64,000 nt of DNA from Candidatus Nomurabacteria bacterium RIFCSPLOWO2_01_FULL_42_17 (GCA_001785985.1 MFVE01000008.1:8751-72750), one strand, 5' to 3'; positions 9,343-19,351 are shown, counted from the first letter of the stretch. Notes: generated by a model not told the origin, from the sequence alone. Translations and numbers: made by a program.

Positions 9343-10713
9343 ATGAAAAATGCGATCAACCCACTAGACGGAAGATATTTTGAAAAGACTCGCGCGCTGG
9401 CAGAGTATTTTTCTGAAGAAGCATTGATGAAATATCGAGTGATGATGGAATGTGAATATTTGATCAGTCTATCGGCTTTGAATAAAACAGCTTTAAGAAA
9501 ATTCACACCAGCTGAAATAAAAATCATTCGGAGTTTATACGAAAAATTTGACGACGCTTCTTATGAAGAAATAAAAAGGGGAGAAGCCATCACAAATCAT
9601 GACGTCAAAGCTGTGGAATATTTTTTGAAAGAAAAACTTGCAAAAACTTCTCTGAAAGACAGCATTGAATGGATTCATTTTGCGCTCACTTCCGAAGATA
9701 CAAATAATATAGCTTATGCACTCATTCTTTCTGATTCATTGGATCAGGTGATGAAGCCAGAAATTTCAAAAATAATCTCCGAGCTAGATAAACTTGCTAA
9801 AAAATATAAGAACTTGCCGATGCTCGCTCGCACTCATGGCCAATCCGCCAGCCCGACAACCTTCGGCAAAGAAATGAGGGTTTTTGTTGCTCGTTTAGAA
9901 AAGAGATTGGCAGGATTACAAAGTATAAAAATAGAAACAAAACTGAACGGAGCTACGGGAAATTACAATGCTCATATCACTGCTTACCCAGATGTAGATT
10001 GGCTAAAATTCACCAAAGATTTTATTCTTCAGCTTAATAAGTTACAAGCTACAAGTTACAAGCTACAAGCTAATTTAACAACTACCCAAATTGAGTGCCA
10101 TGATAGTTACGTAGCTGTTTTTGACACACTTAGGAGAATAAACACAATTCTTTTAGATTTTAATCAAGATATGTGGAGATATATTTCCGACGGCTGGGTG
10201 GGGCAGATACCGAAAGCAGGGGAGACGGGTTCGTCCACGATGCCACACAAAATAAATCCGATTGATTTTGAAAATAGCGAGGGAAATCTGGGCCTAGCAA
10301 ATGCCTTGTTTGAATTTTTTGCCCGCAAACTGCCGATCTCCCGACTGCAGCGCGATCTCTCAGATTCCACCGTCGAACGCGCTTTTGGCACTGCCTTTGG
10401 ACATTCATACTTAGCTTACGTCTCACTCTTGCAAGGCTTGAGTAAAATCAAAGTGAACGAAATAAAAATAAAAGAAGAATTAGTAGCGCATCCGGAAGTA
10501 GTAACCGAAGCCATTCAAACAATTTTGCGCCGTGAAGGAGAAAAAATGCCTTACGAACAGTTAAAAGAGCTGACTCGAGGCAAAGAGGTTACACTTTCTG
10601 ACATTCATGAATTCATCGATAACTTGAAAGTCAGCGAAAAAATAAAAAAAGAGTTGCTAAAAATCACGCCGGAAAATTACACCGGACTGGCTTCCAAACT
10701 GGCTTCAATGTAA
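9343..10713 (+). CDS. purB: Adenylosuccinate lyase
   Basis: 456 aa. Fumarate-lyase signature region (TGSSTMPHKINP) and the ADSL C-terminal domain. Contains a 7-bp tandem repeat (ACAAGCT x4) at 10044-10071. Confidence 0.92.
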   Translation: MKNAINPLDGRYFEKTRALAEYFSEEALMKYRVMMECEYLISLSALNKTALRKFTPAEIKIIRSLYEKFDDASYEEIKRGEAITNHDVKAVEYFLKEKLAKTSLKDSIEWIHFALTSEDTNNIAYALILSDSLDQVMKPEISKIISELDKLAKKYKNLPMLARTHGQSASPTTFGKEMRVFVARLEKRLAGLQSIKIETKLNGATGNYNAHITAYPDVDWLKFTKDFILQLNKLQATSYKLQANLTTTQIECHDSYVAVFDTLRRINTILLDFNQDMWRYISDGWVGQIPKAGETGSSTMPHKINPIDFENSEGNLGLANALFEFFARKLPISRLQRDLSDSTVERAFGTAFGHSYLAYVSLLQGLSKIKVNEIKIKEELVAHPEVVTEAIQTILRREGEKMPYEQLKELTRGKEVTLSDIHEFIDNLKVSEKIKKELLKITPENYTGLASKLASM

Positions 10714-10722
10714 TATAAGAAG

Positions 10723-10998
10723 ATGTCATTTAGTTTTTTTGGAAGAATTTTAGCCGCTATCATACTTCTTCTTTCAGTGCTTTTCATGCCCTTTTGGGTG
10801 TCTGCCATTTTAGCTTTAGCGGGCATGATATATTTCCCATTTTTTCTCGAAGCCGTACTGGTATTCCTCCTATCAGATTTGCTTTACGGCACTCCTCTAT
10901 CAAAGCCTTTTAATATTGTTTTTGTCTCTTTTATTCTAACACTCGCTTGCTTTATAATTTTAGAGTTATTAAAAAAGAAATTAAGATTCAATAAATAA
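10723..10998 (+). CDS. Hypothetical small membrane protein (3 TM)
   Basis: 91 aa, strongly hydrophobic, with no recognisable family. Confidence 0.5.
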   Translation: MSFSFFGRILAAIILLLSVLFMPFWVSAILALAGMIYFPFFLEAVLVFLLSDLLYGTPLSKPFNIVFVSFILTLACFIILELLKKKLRFNK

Positions 10999-10999
10999 A

Positions 11000-11082
11000 A
11001 AGACCTGTCCCGTACTAAATTTTTGATTACATGGTATATTGATAAATATTAATAGATAAAATTTTAGTACTGGGATGGTCTT
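11000..11082 (+). repeat. 83-bp imperfect-palindrome intercistronic element, copy X (AAGACCTGTCCCGTACTAAATTTTT-N33-AAAATTTTAGTACTGGGATGGTCTT). Its right arm contains the annotated ATG of the PBP2 gene.
   Basis: The two 25-nt arms match in 19 of 25 positions as inverted repeats, with T/A runs flanking the loop. A second copy lies at 49063-49143 in the same orientation relative to transcription. Confidence 0.6.
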
Positions 11083-12805
11083 CCGAAAATTTAGAAAAAC
11101 CCCCCGCCATGGCGGGGTAAACAAAAGTAAAAATACTTTCGTCGAAACGGACGAAATTTTTCTTGATTCAAAAAATCTGCAAAACTTTGACCGCCAACAA
11201 TTCGAAGGCCGGATAGAAAAACCGATTCCTAAAAAAACCATTAATTTCATCGGTATTTTTTTCCTTTTTATGACAATTATCTTTGCGAGTCGCCTGACAA
11301 ATCTGCAAATCCAAAATGGCGATGTGTATAAAAAGAGAAGTGAAAATAATATTTTAGAAAAAGTGAATATTTTTACGGAGAGAGGAATAATCTATGATCG
11401 AAATGGACTTGAACTAGCTTGGAATAAAAAGAGAGAAAATGAAGAAGGGGATCCGTCTCTCTTGTACACTCGCGCTTATATGTCGCCTGGGTTCTCACAC
11501 ATCTTGGGATATGTGAGCTATCCAGCCAAAGACAAAGACGGAAATTTTTGGCAAACTGAATTTATAGGTAAAGATGGCTTGGAAAAACAATACCAAAATA
11601 AAATAAAAGGCGAAAACGGATCAAAAATAATAGAGACAGACGCTCGGCGGGTCATCCATTCGGAAAATATTATCAACATTCCTGAAAAAGGAGACGATTT
11701 AAAGACAAGCATTGATCGGAGAATTCAGACGGCATTATTTTCTTTCATTAAAAATTTGGCGCAAAACAGCGGGTTTTCGGGCGGAGCTGGAATCATCATG
11801 GACATTCGAAATGGAGAAATCTTAACTGCTACCAGCTTTCCGGAATACAATTCTGAGATTCTTTCTTTGGGTAAGGATGCAAACAGCATTAAAAGCTATA
11901 TCACTGATAAAAGAAAATTCTTTTTAGATAGAAATGTTTCCGGACTTTATACTCCGGGTTCAATCGTCAAACCCTTTTTTGGCTTGGGCGCTCTAGTGGA
12001 AGGCGTGATCGATCCATACAAAAAAATCCTTTCGACCGGCTCTATTTCCATTCCAAATCCCTATTTCCCGGATCAAAAAACTGTTTTTAAAGACTGGCGA
12101 GTAAATGGCTGGACAAATATGGCCGAAGCCTTAGCAGTTTCTTCCGACGTTTATTTCTATGAGATCGGCGGAGGTTTTGAAAACCAGAAAGGGATAGGCA
12201 TCGCCAATATCGAAAAATACGCGAAGATGTTTGGTTTCGGAGAGAAAACCGGAGTTGACTTGCCGGATGAAACATCGGGCACAATTCCCAGTCCAGAGTG
12301 GAAAGCTGCAAATTTCAAAGGAGACATCTGGCGTATAGGAGACACCTACAACACGGCTATCGGGCAATATGGTTTTCAAGTCACTCCCATAGAAATGGTT
12401 CGAGCGATCTCCGCGATTGGAAACGGCGGCAAACTTTTAACACCGCATTTTATCTTGGGTGATAAGGAAAAAGAAAATTCAGTCAGGGCGGTAAATTTAC
12501 CCAAAGAGCACTTCGATGTGGTGCATGAGGGCATGCGCCAAGCGGTCACTTACGGCACCGCGTTAGCTTTAAATGTGCCTTATGTAGAAGTAGCAGCAAA
12601 GACTGGTACCGCTCAGCTGGGAGTAGCTAAAAATAAAGTGAACTCATGGGTTGTCGGTTTTTTCCCTTATAAAAATCCCAAATACGCTTTTGCAATAATG
12701 ATGGAAGCCGGCCCTGCCGCCAATTCGATCGGAGCTTCGTCTGTAATGCGGGAGCTTTTAGACTGGATGGCAATCAATACTCCAGAATATTTTGTTTTGC
12801 ATTAA
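11075..12805 (+). CDS. Penicillin-binding protein 2-type peptidoglycan D,D-transpeptidase
   Basis: 576 aa. N-terminal TM segment, PBP dimerisation domain, and a transpeptidase domain with SxxK (GSIVKPF), SxN and KTGT motifs. The start codon lies inside the palindromic element, so the true start is uncertain. Confidence 0.88.
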   Translation: MVFRKFRKTPRHGGVNKSKNTFVETDEIFLDSKNLQNFDRQQFEGRIEKPIPKKTINFIGIFFLFMTIIFASRLTNLQIQNGDVYKKRSENNILEKVNIFTERGIIYDRNGLELAWNKKRENEEGDPSLLYTRAYMSPGFSHILGYVSYPAKDKDGNFWQTEFIGKDGLEKQYQNKIKGENGSKIIETDARRVIHSENIINIPEKGDDLKTSIDRRIQTALFSFIKNLAQNSGFSGGAGIIMDIRNGEILTATSFPEYNSEILSLGKDANSIKSYITDKRKFFLDRNVSGLYTPGSIVKPFFGLGALVEGVIDPYKKILSTGSISIPNPYFPDQKTVFKDWRVNGWTNMAEALAVSSDVYFYEIGGGFENQKGIGIANIEKYAKMFGFGEKTGVDLPDETSGTIPSPEWKAANFKGDIWRIGDTYNTAIGQYGFQVTPIEMVRAISAIGNGGKLLTPHFILGDKEKENSVRAVNLPKEHFDVVHEGMRQAVTYGTALALNVPYVEVAAKTGTAQLGVAKNKVNSWVVGFFPYKNPKYAFAIMMEAGPAANSIGASSVMRELLDWMAINTPEYFVLH

Positions 12806-12832
12806 TCCCGATATATTGATATAATGTAATCC

Positions 12833-13060
12833 ATGCGTAGAGCATATAAACTTTTGATTTTGGGCATTTGGGTGGTGATATTACCATACCTCGGATTTCC
12901 AAGTTTCTGGAAAAATATTTTAGTAACCATCTCTGGGCTCGGACTCATTTTTTTTAGTTACGTGTTATATAAAGAATCCAAAATAAAAGAAGTAAAAAAA
13001 GAGAAAACTTTTGACAATTTTTCAGAAAATAATAATTTTGCTGAAGAAGAAAAAATCTAA
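12833..13060 (+). CDS. Hypothetical small membrane protein
   Basis: 75 aa with two TM helices and an acidic tail. Overlaps the annotated 5' end of ctpA. Confidence 0.4.
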   Translation: MRRAYKLLILGIWVVILPYLGFPSFWKNILVTISGLGLIFFSYVLYKESKIKEVKKEKTFDNFSENNNFAEEEKI

Positions 13061-13067
13061 AAGCCTT

Positions 13068-14282
13068 ATGCAGAAATTTTTGAAAGAAAGATGGAGCGCG
13101 GTGATTATCTTGTCCGTTTTGGGCGCTTTTTTTTGGGGTGTTCATGTCGGGGCGAACAATGTACCCGCAATAGACAAAGTATCTTTAGTTAATAAAGAAA
13201 CTCAAGTTGAAACAGAGGCAGATTTTGCTCCTTTTTGGAAAGTTTGGAATATTATAAACGAAAAATATCCGAAGGCCGACAAAATTGACCAAGAAAAAAT
13301 CTACGGAGCTATTGCCGGCCTTGTAGACTCCTTGGACGACCCCTACAGCGTGTTTTTTACTCCGGATGAGGCAAAATTATTTGAAGAAGAAATAGCTGGC
13401 AATTTTACTGGTGTGGGCATGGAAGTCAGTATAAAGGACAAAATCTTGACAGTCATTGCTCCGCTCAAGGACACCCCCGCTTACAAAGCCGACATTCGTC
13501 CGGGCGATAAAATCCTAAAAATTGATAAGACGATCACTGCCGGCTTAAGCATTGAAAAAGCGATCAAATTAATCAGAGGAGAAAAAGGCACGACAGTAAC
13601 ATTGACGATCGCTCGAGAAGGAGAAAAAGAACCTCTAGAGATAAAAATAGTAAGGGATACCATAGACATACCGACCATAGACACGGAAAAGAGACCAGAT
13701 GGCATTTTTGTTATCAAACTTTATAGTTTTTCTGCCAACTCGGCCAGCCTTTTTCGCAATGCGATCAAAAGCTTCGTAGATTCTAGAAGCGATAAATTGC
13801 TCTTGGATTTGCGAGGAAATCCGGGCGGATATTTGAATGCAGCTGTTGATATGGCCAGTTGGTTCTTGCCAAAAGGTAAAATTGTTGTGACTGAAGACTA
13901 CGGCAACAATAGAGAACCGGAAGTATTCAGAAGCAAAGGTTATGCTATTTTCAATGATAAATTGAAGTTTCTTATTCTGATCGATGGCGGATCCGCTTCA
14001 GCATCGGAAATCCTAGCTGGCGCGATGCAGGACTACGGACGCGCAAAGCTTGTGGGCAGCCCAAGTTTCGGCAAGGGCTCTGTGCAAGAAGCGATCAAAG
14101 TTACCTCCGATACTCTTTTGAAAATCACCGTAGCTAAATGGCTCACCCCGAATGAAAATTCTATTTCAGAAAAAGGACTGACTCCAGACTATCCAGTGGA
14201 AGTTACAAAAAAAGATTTAGAAAATAAGAAGGATGCGCAATTAGAAAAGGCCGTAGAGTTGTTGCTTAGTGGAAAGTTATAA
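13068..14282 (+). CDS. ctpA: Carboxyl-terminal processing protease (S41 family, PDZ domain)
   Basis: The ORF-track start is 13011; the probable start is the internal Met at 13068 (MQKFLKERW...), which precedes a signal/TM segment. PDZ domain plus S41 catalytic region (GNPGGY...SASASEILAGAMQD...GKGSVQ). Confidence 0.85.
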   Translation: MQKFLKERWSAVIILSVLGAFFWGVHVGANNVPAIDKVSLVNKETQVETEADFAPFWKVWNIINEKYPKADKIDQEKIYGAIAGLVDSLDDPYSVFFTPDEAKLFEEEIAGNFTGVGMEVSIKDKILTVIAPLKDTPAYKADIRPGDKILKIDKTITAGLSIEKAIKLIRGEKGTTVTLTIAREGEKEPLEIKIVRDTIDIPTIDTEKRPDGIFVIKLYSFSANSASLFRNAIKSFVDSRSDKLLLDLRGNPGGYLNAAVDMASWFLPKGKIVVTEDYGNNREPEVFRSKGYAIFNDKLKFLILIDGGSASASEILAGAMQDYGRAKLVGSPSFGKGSVQEAIKVTSDTLLKITVAKWLTPNENSISEKGLTPDYPVEVTKKDLENKKDAQLEKAVELLLSGKL

Positions 14283-14306
14283 AGTTCTTAAAGTTATAAA
14301 GTAAAG

Positions 14307-14750
14307 ATGAAAGTAATATTCTTACAAGATGTGCAAAGAGTGGGTAGAAAACATGATGTAAAAGAAATAAATGACGGTTATGCGGTAAATTTTCTTTTAC
14401 CTAGAAAGTTGGCCGAGCTTGCAACTCCCAGGGCAATTTCTGAATTAGAAAAAAGAAAGAAAAATATAGAAATAGAGAGGGAAGTGCAAGAAAATTTACT
14501 CCTGAAAAACTTAGAAGAAATAAAAGGGAAAGTGATAACTATCAAAACAAAAGCTGATGAAAAAGGACATTTATTTTCTAAAATTCACAGCAAAGAAATC
14601 ATTGCAGAAATGAAAGCGCAAAATCATGCTCATATCGGTGAAGAATTTATTGTCTTAGAAAAACCAATCAAAGAAATAGGGGAGTTTGAAATTCCCATTT
14701 CTATCAAGGGAAAGAAATCTTCGTTTAAACTTGTAGTGGAAAAAATCTAA
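14307..14750 (+). CDS. rplI: 50S ribosomal protein L9
   Basis: 147 aa. MKVIFLQDV...GYAVNFLLP N-terminal domain typical of L9. Confidence 0.9.
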   Translation: MKVIFLQDVQRVGRKHDVKEINDGYAVNFLLPRKLAELATPRAISELEKRKKNIEIEREVQENLLLKNLEEIKGKVITIKTKADEKGHLFSKIHSKEIIAEMKAQNHAHIGEEFIVLEKPIKEIGEFEIPISIKGKKSSFKLVVEKI

Positions 14751-14767
14751 AACCAGAGCTATATTGT

Positions 14768-15040
14768 CTAAATAATATTGACTATTTTCTTTACAGCTGT
14801 CTTGCCGTTAAAAGAAGTCTTGCGTCTAGAGCCAAACTTTACAGTACCGTCCTTTAGAGCGAAAAGAGTGTCATCTTTGCCTATACCGACGTTGTTGCCA
14901 GCCATGACCGTAGTACCGCGCTGACGAACGATAATAGCCCCAGATTGGGCCTTTTCCCCATCATAAAGCTTAATACCGAGGTATTGTGGATTTGAATCTC
15001 TTAAATTTTTGGCGGTTCCGCCAGCTTTTCTATGTGCCAT
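14768..15040 (-). CDS. rpmA: 50S ribosomal protein L27
   Basis: 90 aa. [12 protein letters not shown]...[15 protein letters not shown] signature. Confidence 0.93.
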   Translation of the reverse strand: MAHRKAGGTAKNLRDSNPQYLGIKLYDGEKAQSGAIIVRQRGTTVMAGNNVGIGKDDTLFALKDGTVKFGSRRKTSFNGKTAVKKIVNII

Positions 15041-15085
15041 AAAATATTGTATAATCCAATAACAAAATCAAGTATAATTCATTAT

Positions 15086-15457
15086 ATGGAAAAAATCAAG
15101 CAATTCTTGAAAAGTGAGCAGGGAAAAGATGTTTTGATAGTTATTATCGTCATTTTAGTGGGCTTGGGTTCGTTTGAATTAGGCAGATTATCCAAGGAAA
15201 ACAGCTCTTCAGGCATAAAAATCGAGTATAAAGATCAAATAAAAAACATAAAAAACCAGGAAGCCAGCGCTATTTTATCTGTGCCTGCAATTTCAAATTC
15301 ATCTCAAAAATCTTTTTTTGCCTCGAATAGGGGAACAAAATATTATTCGATCGGATGTTCGGCTGGTAAAACTATTAAACAAGAAAACAGGGTCTATTTT
15401 ACCACCAAAGAAGAGGCCGAAACGGCGGGATATGAGCTTTCCAATTCGTGTAGATAA
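15086..15457 (+). CDS. Membrane-anchored protein with a C-terminal Ada-type metal-binding-like domain
   Basis: The ORF track starts at 15032; the likely start is MEKIKQF at 15086. One TM helix. The C-terminus (YYSIGCSAGKTIKQENRVYFTTKEEAETAGYELSNSC) matches the Ada_Zn_binding pattern Y-x4-C...EN..FF...AE.AGY..C. Confidence 0.5.
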   Translation: MEKIKQFLKSEQGKDVLIVIIVILVGLGSFELGRLSKENSSSGIKIEYKDQIKNIKNQEASAILSVPAISNSSQKSFFASNRGTKYYSIGCSAGKTIKQENRVYFTTKEEAETAGYELSNSCR

Positions 15458-15732
15458 AACACATGGTACACAACATATATTGTGCGACACGGTATTTCTT
15501 TCAACAAAGGGCTTTTAGACCACTTCCCTTTAAATTACTTCACACTATTAAATAGATCTTTGAACCAATTTAGAATCCCAGCCCAAGTTAAATGAAAGTA
15601 ATCTAGAATACCTGATATGGTGATCCCGAAATAACGCATCAAAAGCAGAGCGATCACGATAATAATTATTAGTTGTAGAAATCCCCTGTTTTGATTTTTT
15701 AGATTATTTTTCATCTTTATATTTTATCATAG

Positions 15733-16998
15733 TTATTTATACGGAGGCAAATAATTCATTGGGTCAAGATAAGCATTGGTGGCTGAAATTGGCTGGGTTA
15801 GAGTTTTACCTGGATAAGACTTACTATCAAATGAGTCTACTTTTACTCCACTTGATACATACAAGGACAAATGCAGATGAGGACCAGTAGAAGAGCCTGT
15901 ATTGCCACTGTATCCTATCACAGCGCCTCTTGCCACTTGTTGTCCCACTTTTACTTTACTTAGAGACAGATGCGCATAAGTACTAGAAAGCCCATTATTG
16001 TGTTCAATAAATATCCACTTACCAAAAGATGCTTTTGGACAACAAATGTCTGTATCACCGACTCCTTTGACGATACCATCTGCAACAGATTTTACTGGAG
16101 TGCCTACAGGTGCTCGAAAATCTGTTCCACGATGAAATCCTCCCCATCTGGGAGCATATGGAGAAGTTACAAATATGCTATCAAGGGGCCAACCTAAAAT
16201 TCTGCCAGAAGGTATCTTGGATGGATCTAGGATGAATTTCAATTGTGATTCATAACCTTCTAATTCCCTTTCAAAAGCCGCTTTCTTTGCTAGCTGATCT
16301 TTCAATAATTTTTGATAATTTGCTTCGCTATTTTTTGTCTGAATCAAAAGCTTATTCTTTTCATTTGTATTTTGAATTACTATCTTTTGCTGATCCGAAA
16401 GTTTGGATTTCAAGAGGACAAGTTCATTTTTGGCGCTAATAGTTTCCTCTCTAGTATCTTCCAACTCGCTTTTTATCTCTTTTAATTCCAATATTTTTTC
16501 TCTAATTTTTTCTCGAATAGCAACAATGTTATCTATATCATTCCAGACTGCCGTAAAATCATTTTTAGATAAGATGGTCTCCAATATATTATTTTCCTCC
16601 AATTCATAAGTATCTCGAATACCCAAGCTAATGGATTCCACATCATTTTCGATAGAATTTTGCTTCGCGCCAATATCAGAGCTCAAACTCTGTATTCGAA
16701 GATTTGTTTTATCGATTTTCGTTTGAGTGATATTTATATCAACTACTAATTTTTTCTTGGTCAGATCCAATTCTTTGATTGATTTGCTCAAAGAATTTTT
16801 CTGCTCGCCAATATTCCCCAGTTCAATTTGATATATTCTTATTTCTTCTTCCAGTTTGGCAATGTCGGCATCTTTTTGATTTATTTTATTTTGCAGTTCC
16901 TGTGCTGTCTGCGCGTTAGAAAAAGCTAGAGGAATTATCAAAAATACTCCAAAAAATATCAGACTAAATAGCTTTTTGTAATCTTGATAATGTTTCAT
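15733..16998 (-). CDS. M23 family metallopeptidase with N-terminal coiled coil (EnvC/NlpD-like murein hydrolase or activator)
   Basis: 421 aa. Signal/TM segment, a roughly 230-aa heptad-rich coiled coil, and a C-terminal LytM/M23 domain (HRGTDFRAPVGTPV, HLHLSL). Confidence 0.85.
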   Translation of the reverse strand: MKHYQDYKKLFSLIFFGVFLIIPLAFSNAQTAQELQNKINQKDADIAKLEEEIRIYQIELGNIGEQKNSLSKSIKELDLTKKKLVVDINITQTKIDKTNLRIQSLSSDIGAKQNSIENDVESISLGIRDTYELEENNILETILSKNDFTAVWNDIDNIVAIREKIREKILELKEIKSELEDTREETISAKNELVLLKSKLSDQQKIVIQNTNEKNKLLIQTKNSEANYQKLLKDQLAKKAAFERELEGYESQLKFILDPSKIPSGRILGWPLDSIFVTSPYAPRWGGFHRGTDFRAPVGTPVKSVADGIVKGVGDTDICCPKASFGKWIFIEHNNGLSSTYAHLSLSKVKVGQQVARGAVIGYSGNTGSSTGPHLHLSLYVSSGVKVDSFDSKSYPGKTLTQPISATNAYLDPMNYLPPYK

Positions 16999-18274
16999 TT
17001 TTTCCTATGATCGAAGCAATAATAAAAGGATCTGGAGATTTGTCCAAGCCTGATAGGGCATAGCGAACAGGGTGCAACAGCTCTCCCCTACTGCCTAGAT
17101 TATTAGCGATCAGTATCAAAGTATTTTTAATAATTTCTGTAGTGAAATTTTCTTCAGTTAGATCTTCTAGGGCTTTGATCGCCAATTTTAAATTGCTAAT
17201 AATTTTTTCTGGAGCTATATTTTTATATATAAGTTTTGCTTTGTCTATCGTGGGTGACTTGAAAAATAAATCGAGCTCTCCCCTTTCGATCATATCTTTC
17301 ACATCTCCCCATTTTGAAATTCGTTCAAGAACAAGCGGAACTAATTTGGGATTTTTCATTTCAGCTGGCAACCACTCTAAAATATTTTTCTCTATTTCGG
17401 CTGGTGGCAGCCTTTTCATGTGTTCCTTGTTTAGCCAGTCTAGTTTTTCAGAATTAAACACTCCCCCGCTTTTTTGGATCTTATGTAAATTAAATTTTTC
17501 TATAAGTTCTTCTAGAGTAAAGACTTCTTGTTCGCCGCCTGGATTCCACCCAATCAGCGCCATAAAATTTATAATCGCTTCTGGTAAATACCCCAGATCT
17601 CTATATTCCAAAGCAGGTATCACTTCCGGATCTCGCTTGGAAAGTTTGGATTTGTCTTTACCTAGAATAAGCGGCATGTGCGCGTAAAGCGGGCGGGGGG
17701 CGCCGATAGCTTCTTGGATCAGAATCTGACGTGGAGTATTAGCGATGTGTTCTTGGCCGCGGATGACATGAGTGACCGCCATTTCAAAATCGTCCACCAC
17801 GACTGTGAAATGATAGAGTGGCTCAGTAAGACTTCGGGCGATAATAAAATCTTTCAAATCTGTCGTGTCGAATTCTATATCGCCCAAAACAATATCGTTG
17901 AATACGATTTTTTTATTTGGATTCTTAAAACGAATTACTTCGCTTCTCTGCCCTGCTTCTTTTATCTCTTCTTTTGATACATAAGCAGATCCATCAGCGA
18001 TCATTTTCTCTAAATATTTTTTATATATTTCTGTCCGCTCTGATTGCCTGAAAAATTGGTCCGGTTTTAATCCCAACCATTCAAAAAGATCCAAAAATCC
18101 ATCTTCATATTCTTTTTTAGATCGCTCTTTGTCGGTATCTTCACTACGCAGAATATAAGTGCCCTTATTTTGCTTTGCAAAAAGGTAATTATATAAGGCC
18201 GAACGAACCCCACCCAGATGGAAATGACCCGTCGGCGATGGCGCAAATCTGGTTACAATCTTTTGGTCTGGCAT
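16964..18274 (-). CDS. gltX: Glutamyl-tRNA synthetase
   Basis: Class I synthetase with HIGH (PSPTGHFHLGG) and KMSKS (KLSKR) motifs. The likely start is MPDQK at 18274, inside the longer ORF-track call. Confidence 0.9.
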   Translation of the reverse strand: MPDQKIVTRFAPSPTGHFHLGGVRSALYNYLFAKQNKGTYILRSEDTDKERSKKEYEDGFLDLFEWLGLKPDQFFRQSERTEIYKKYLEKMIADGSAYVSKEEIKEAGQRSEVIRFKNPNKKIVFNDIVLGDIEFDTTDLKDFIIARSLTEPLYHFTVVVDDFEMAVTHVIRGQEHIANTPRQILIQEAIGAPRPLYAHMPLILGKDKSKLSKRDPEVIPALEYRDLGYLPEAIINFMALIGWNPGGEQEVFTLEELIEKFNLHKIQKSGGVFNSEKLDWLNKEHMKRLPPAEIEKNILEWLPAEMKNPKLVPLVLERISKWGDVKDMIERGELDLFFKSPTIDKAKLIYKNIAPEKIISNLKLAIKALEDLTEENFTTEIIKNTLILIANNLGSRGELLHPVRYALSGLDKSPDPFIIASIIGKNETLSRLQKAI

Positions 18275-18356
18275 ACCTATATAATAACACAAAAATACAA
18301 CCCCTCCCTAGCCCTCCCCTTATCAAGGGAGGGGAAAATACAAATACAAAACGAAC

Positions 18357-19343
18357 CTATTTTTCTAATAAATGTTTAGTTTTAACAAGATACTCTTGAA
18401 CATTTTTTATCTGTTCAAAATTTTTCACTTTATGACCGTACGGGAATTTCATATAAGCGTTCAATAAAATTGAAGCTTGCAGAGCTCTTTTATTATAAGG
18501 TTTTTCTTTAAAATACCCTTTAATCAGTTGCTCGCCAGCCCGAGATAGTCCGCCATCATTGGCTATGGTTCTCATTATGCTCCGCCCTAGATCAATATAT
18601 CCATCATTAAAGCCTGGACTCGGATCAAAAATCGTCAACGGATTTGTAGCAAAGGTGTTGGAAGTTCCAAAGTCATTATGGCAATAACTGCTTTTTTTAT
18701 TATCATTTATATGAGTAATAAGTATCTCAAATGCTAAAGACAAAGATCCATGCTCTTCCCCAAGAAGATTATTTTCTCTTGCGTATTCAATTCTCTTTTG
18801 CATTTCAGGACTATCAAGCCAATCTTTAAATTGATGAAACTCAGCTTTGATATTTTTGTTGTCTAGACTGCGGCCATATCCTTTTGCTTCAGGCTCATGC
18901 ATCACGCGAAGAATTTTTCCCAACTCAACATAAATTTCTCTATTGATTGTTTCTCCTTTATGATAAGTTTCCGTTAGTGTTTTTGCATCTATAAATTCCA
19001 TCAAAATGTACTGATGACCATTCAATATTCCATCTTCAAATACATGTGGAACTCTAACCCCCGCCTGTTCCCAGACTTTCAAAAATTGAGCATCCCCGAG
19101 GGTGTGCGTGAGACTTAAAGGAATTCTAAGAACCAACTTTTCGTCAGATGTTTCTATGATACTTATGAGTGATGAAACACCCTTGTCGGCAAATGTAACA
19201 CTGACATCTTTATCTTTAAATCTTTCATGATTGGAAATAAAATCTTTAACATGCGGAACAAGAGTCATTCGTCTTTCGTTGAATTTTTGATCTACTTCGT
19301 GTTCAGATAATTTTGGCTCGTTATAAAAAGTAATTTCTGACAT
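18357..19343 (-). CDS. Kinase-fold phosphotransferase (APH/choline-kinase family)
   Basis: 328 aa. Catalytic loop HNDFGTSN (HGDxxxxN type) and a DFG-like IFDPSPGFNDGYIDLG segment. Confidence 0.6.
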   Translation of the reverse strand: MSEITFYNEPKLSEHEVDQKFNERRMTLVPHVKDFISNHERFKDKDVSVTFADKGVSSLISIIETSDEKLVLRIPLSLTHTLGDAQFLKVWEQAGVRVPHVFEDGILNGHQYILMEFIDAKTLTETYHKGETINREIYVELGKILRVMHEPEAKGYGRSLDNKNIKAEFHQFKDWLDSPEMQKRIEYARENNLLGEEHGSLSLAFEILITHINDNKKSSYCHNDFGTSNTFATNPLTIFDPSPGFNDGYIDLGRSIMRTIANDGGLSRAGEQLIKGYFKEKPYNKRALQASILLNAYMKFPYGHKVKNFEQIKNVQEYLVKTKHLLEK

Positions 19344-19351
19344 TTTTCTTA

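Noticed and set aside
15535-15716. Apparent small minus-strand membrane-peptide ORF in the 275-bp spacer upstream of the M23 peptidase gene
   Set aside because: Careful codon-by-codon reading from the ATG at 15716 hits TGA after about 21 codons (MKNNLKNQNRGFLQLIIIIS*). My first-pass longer translation had dropped bases.
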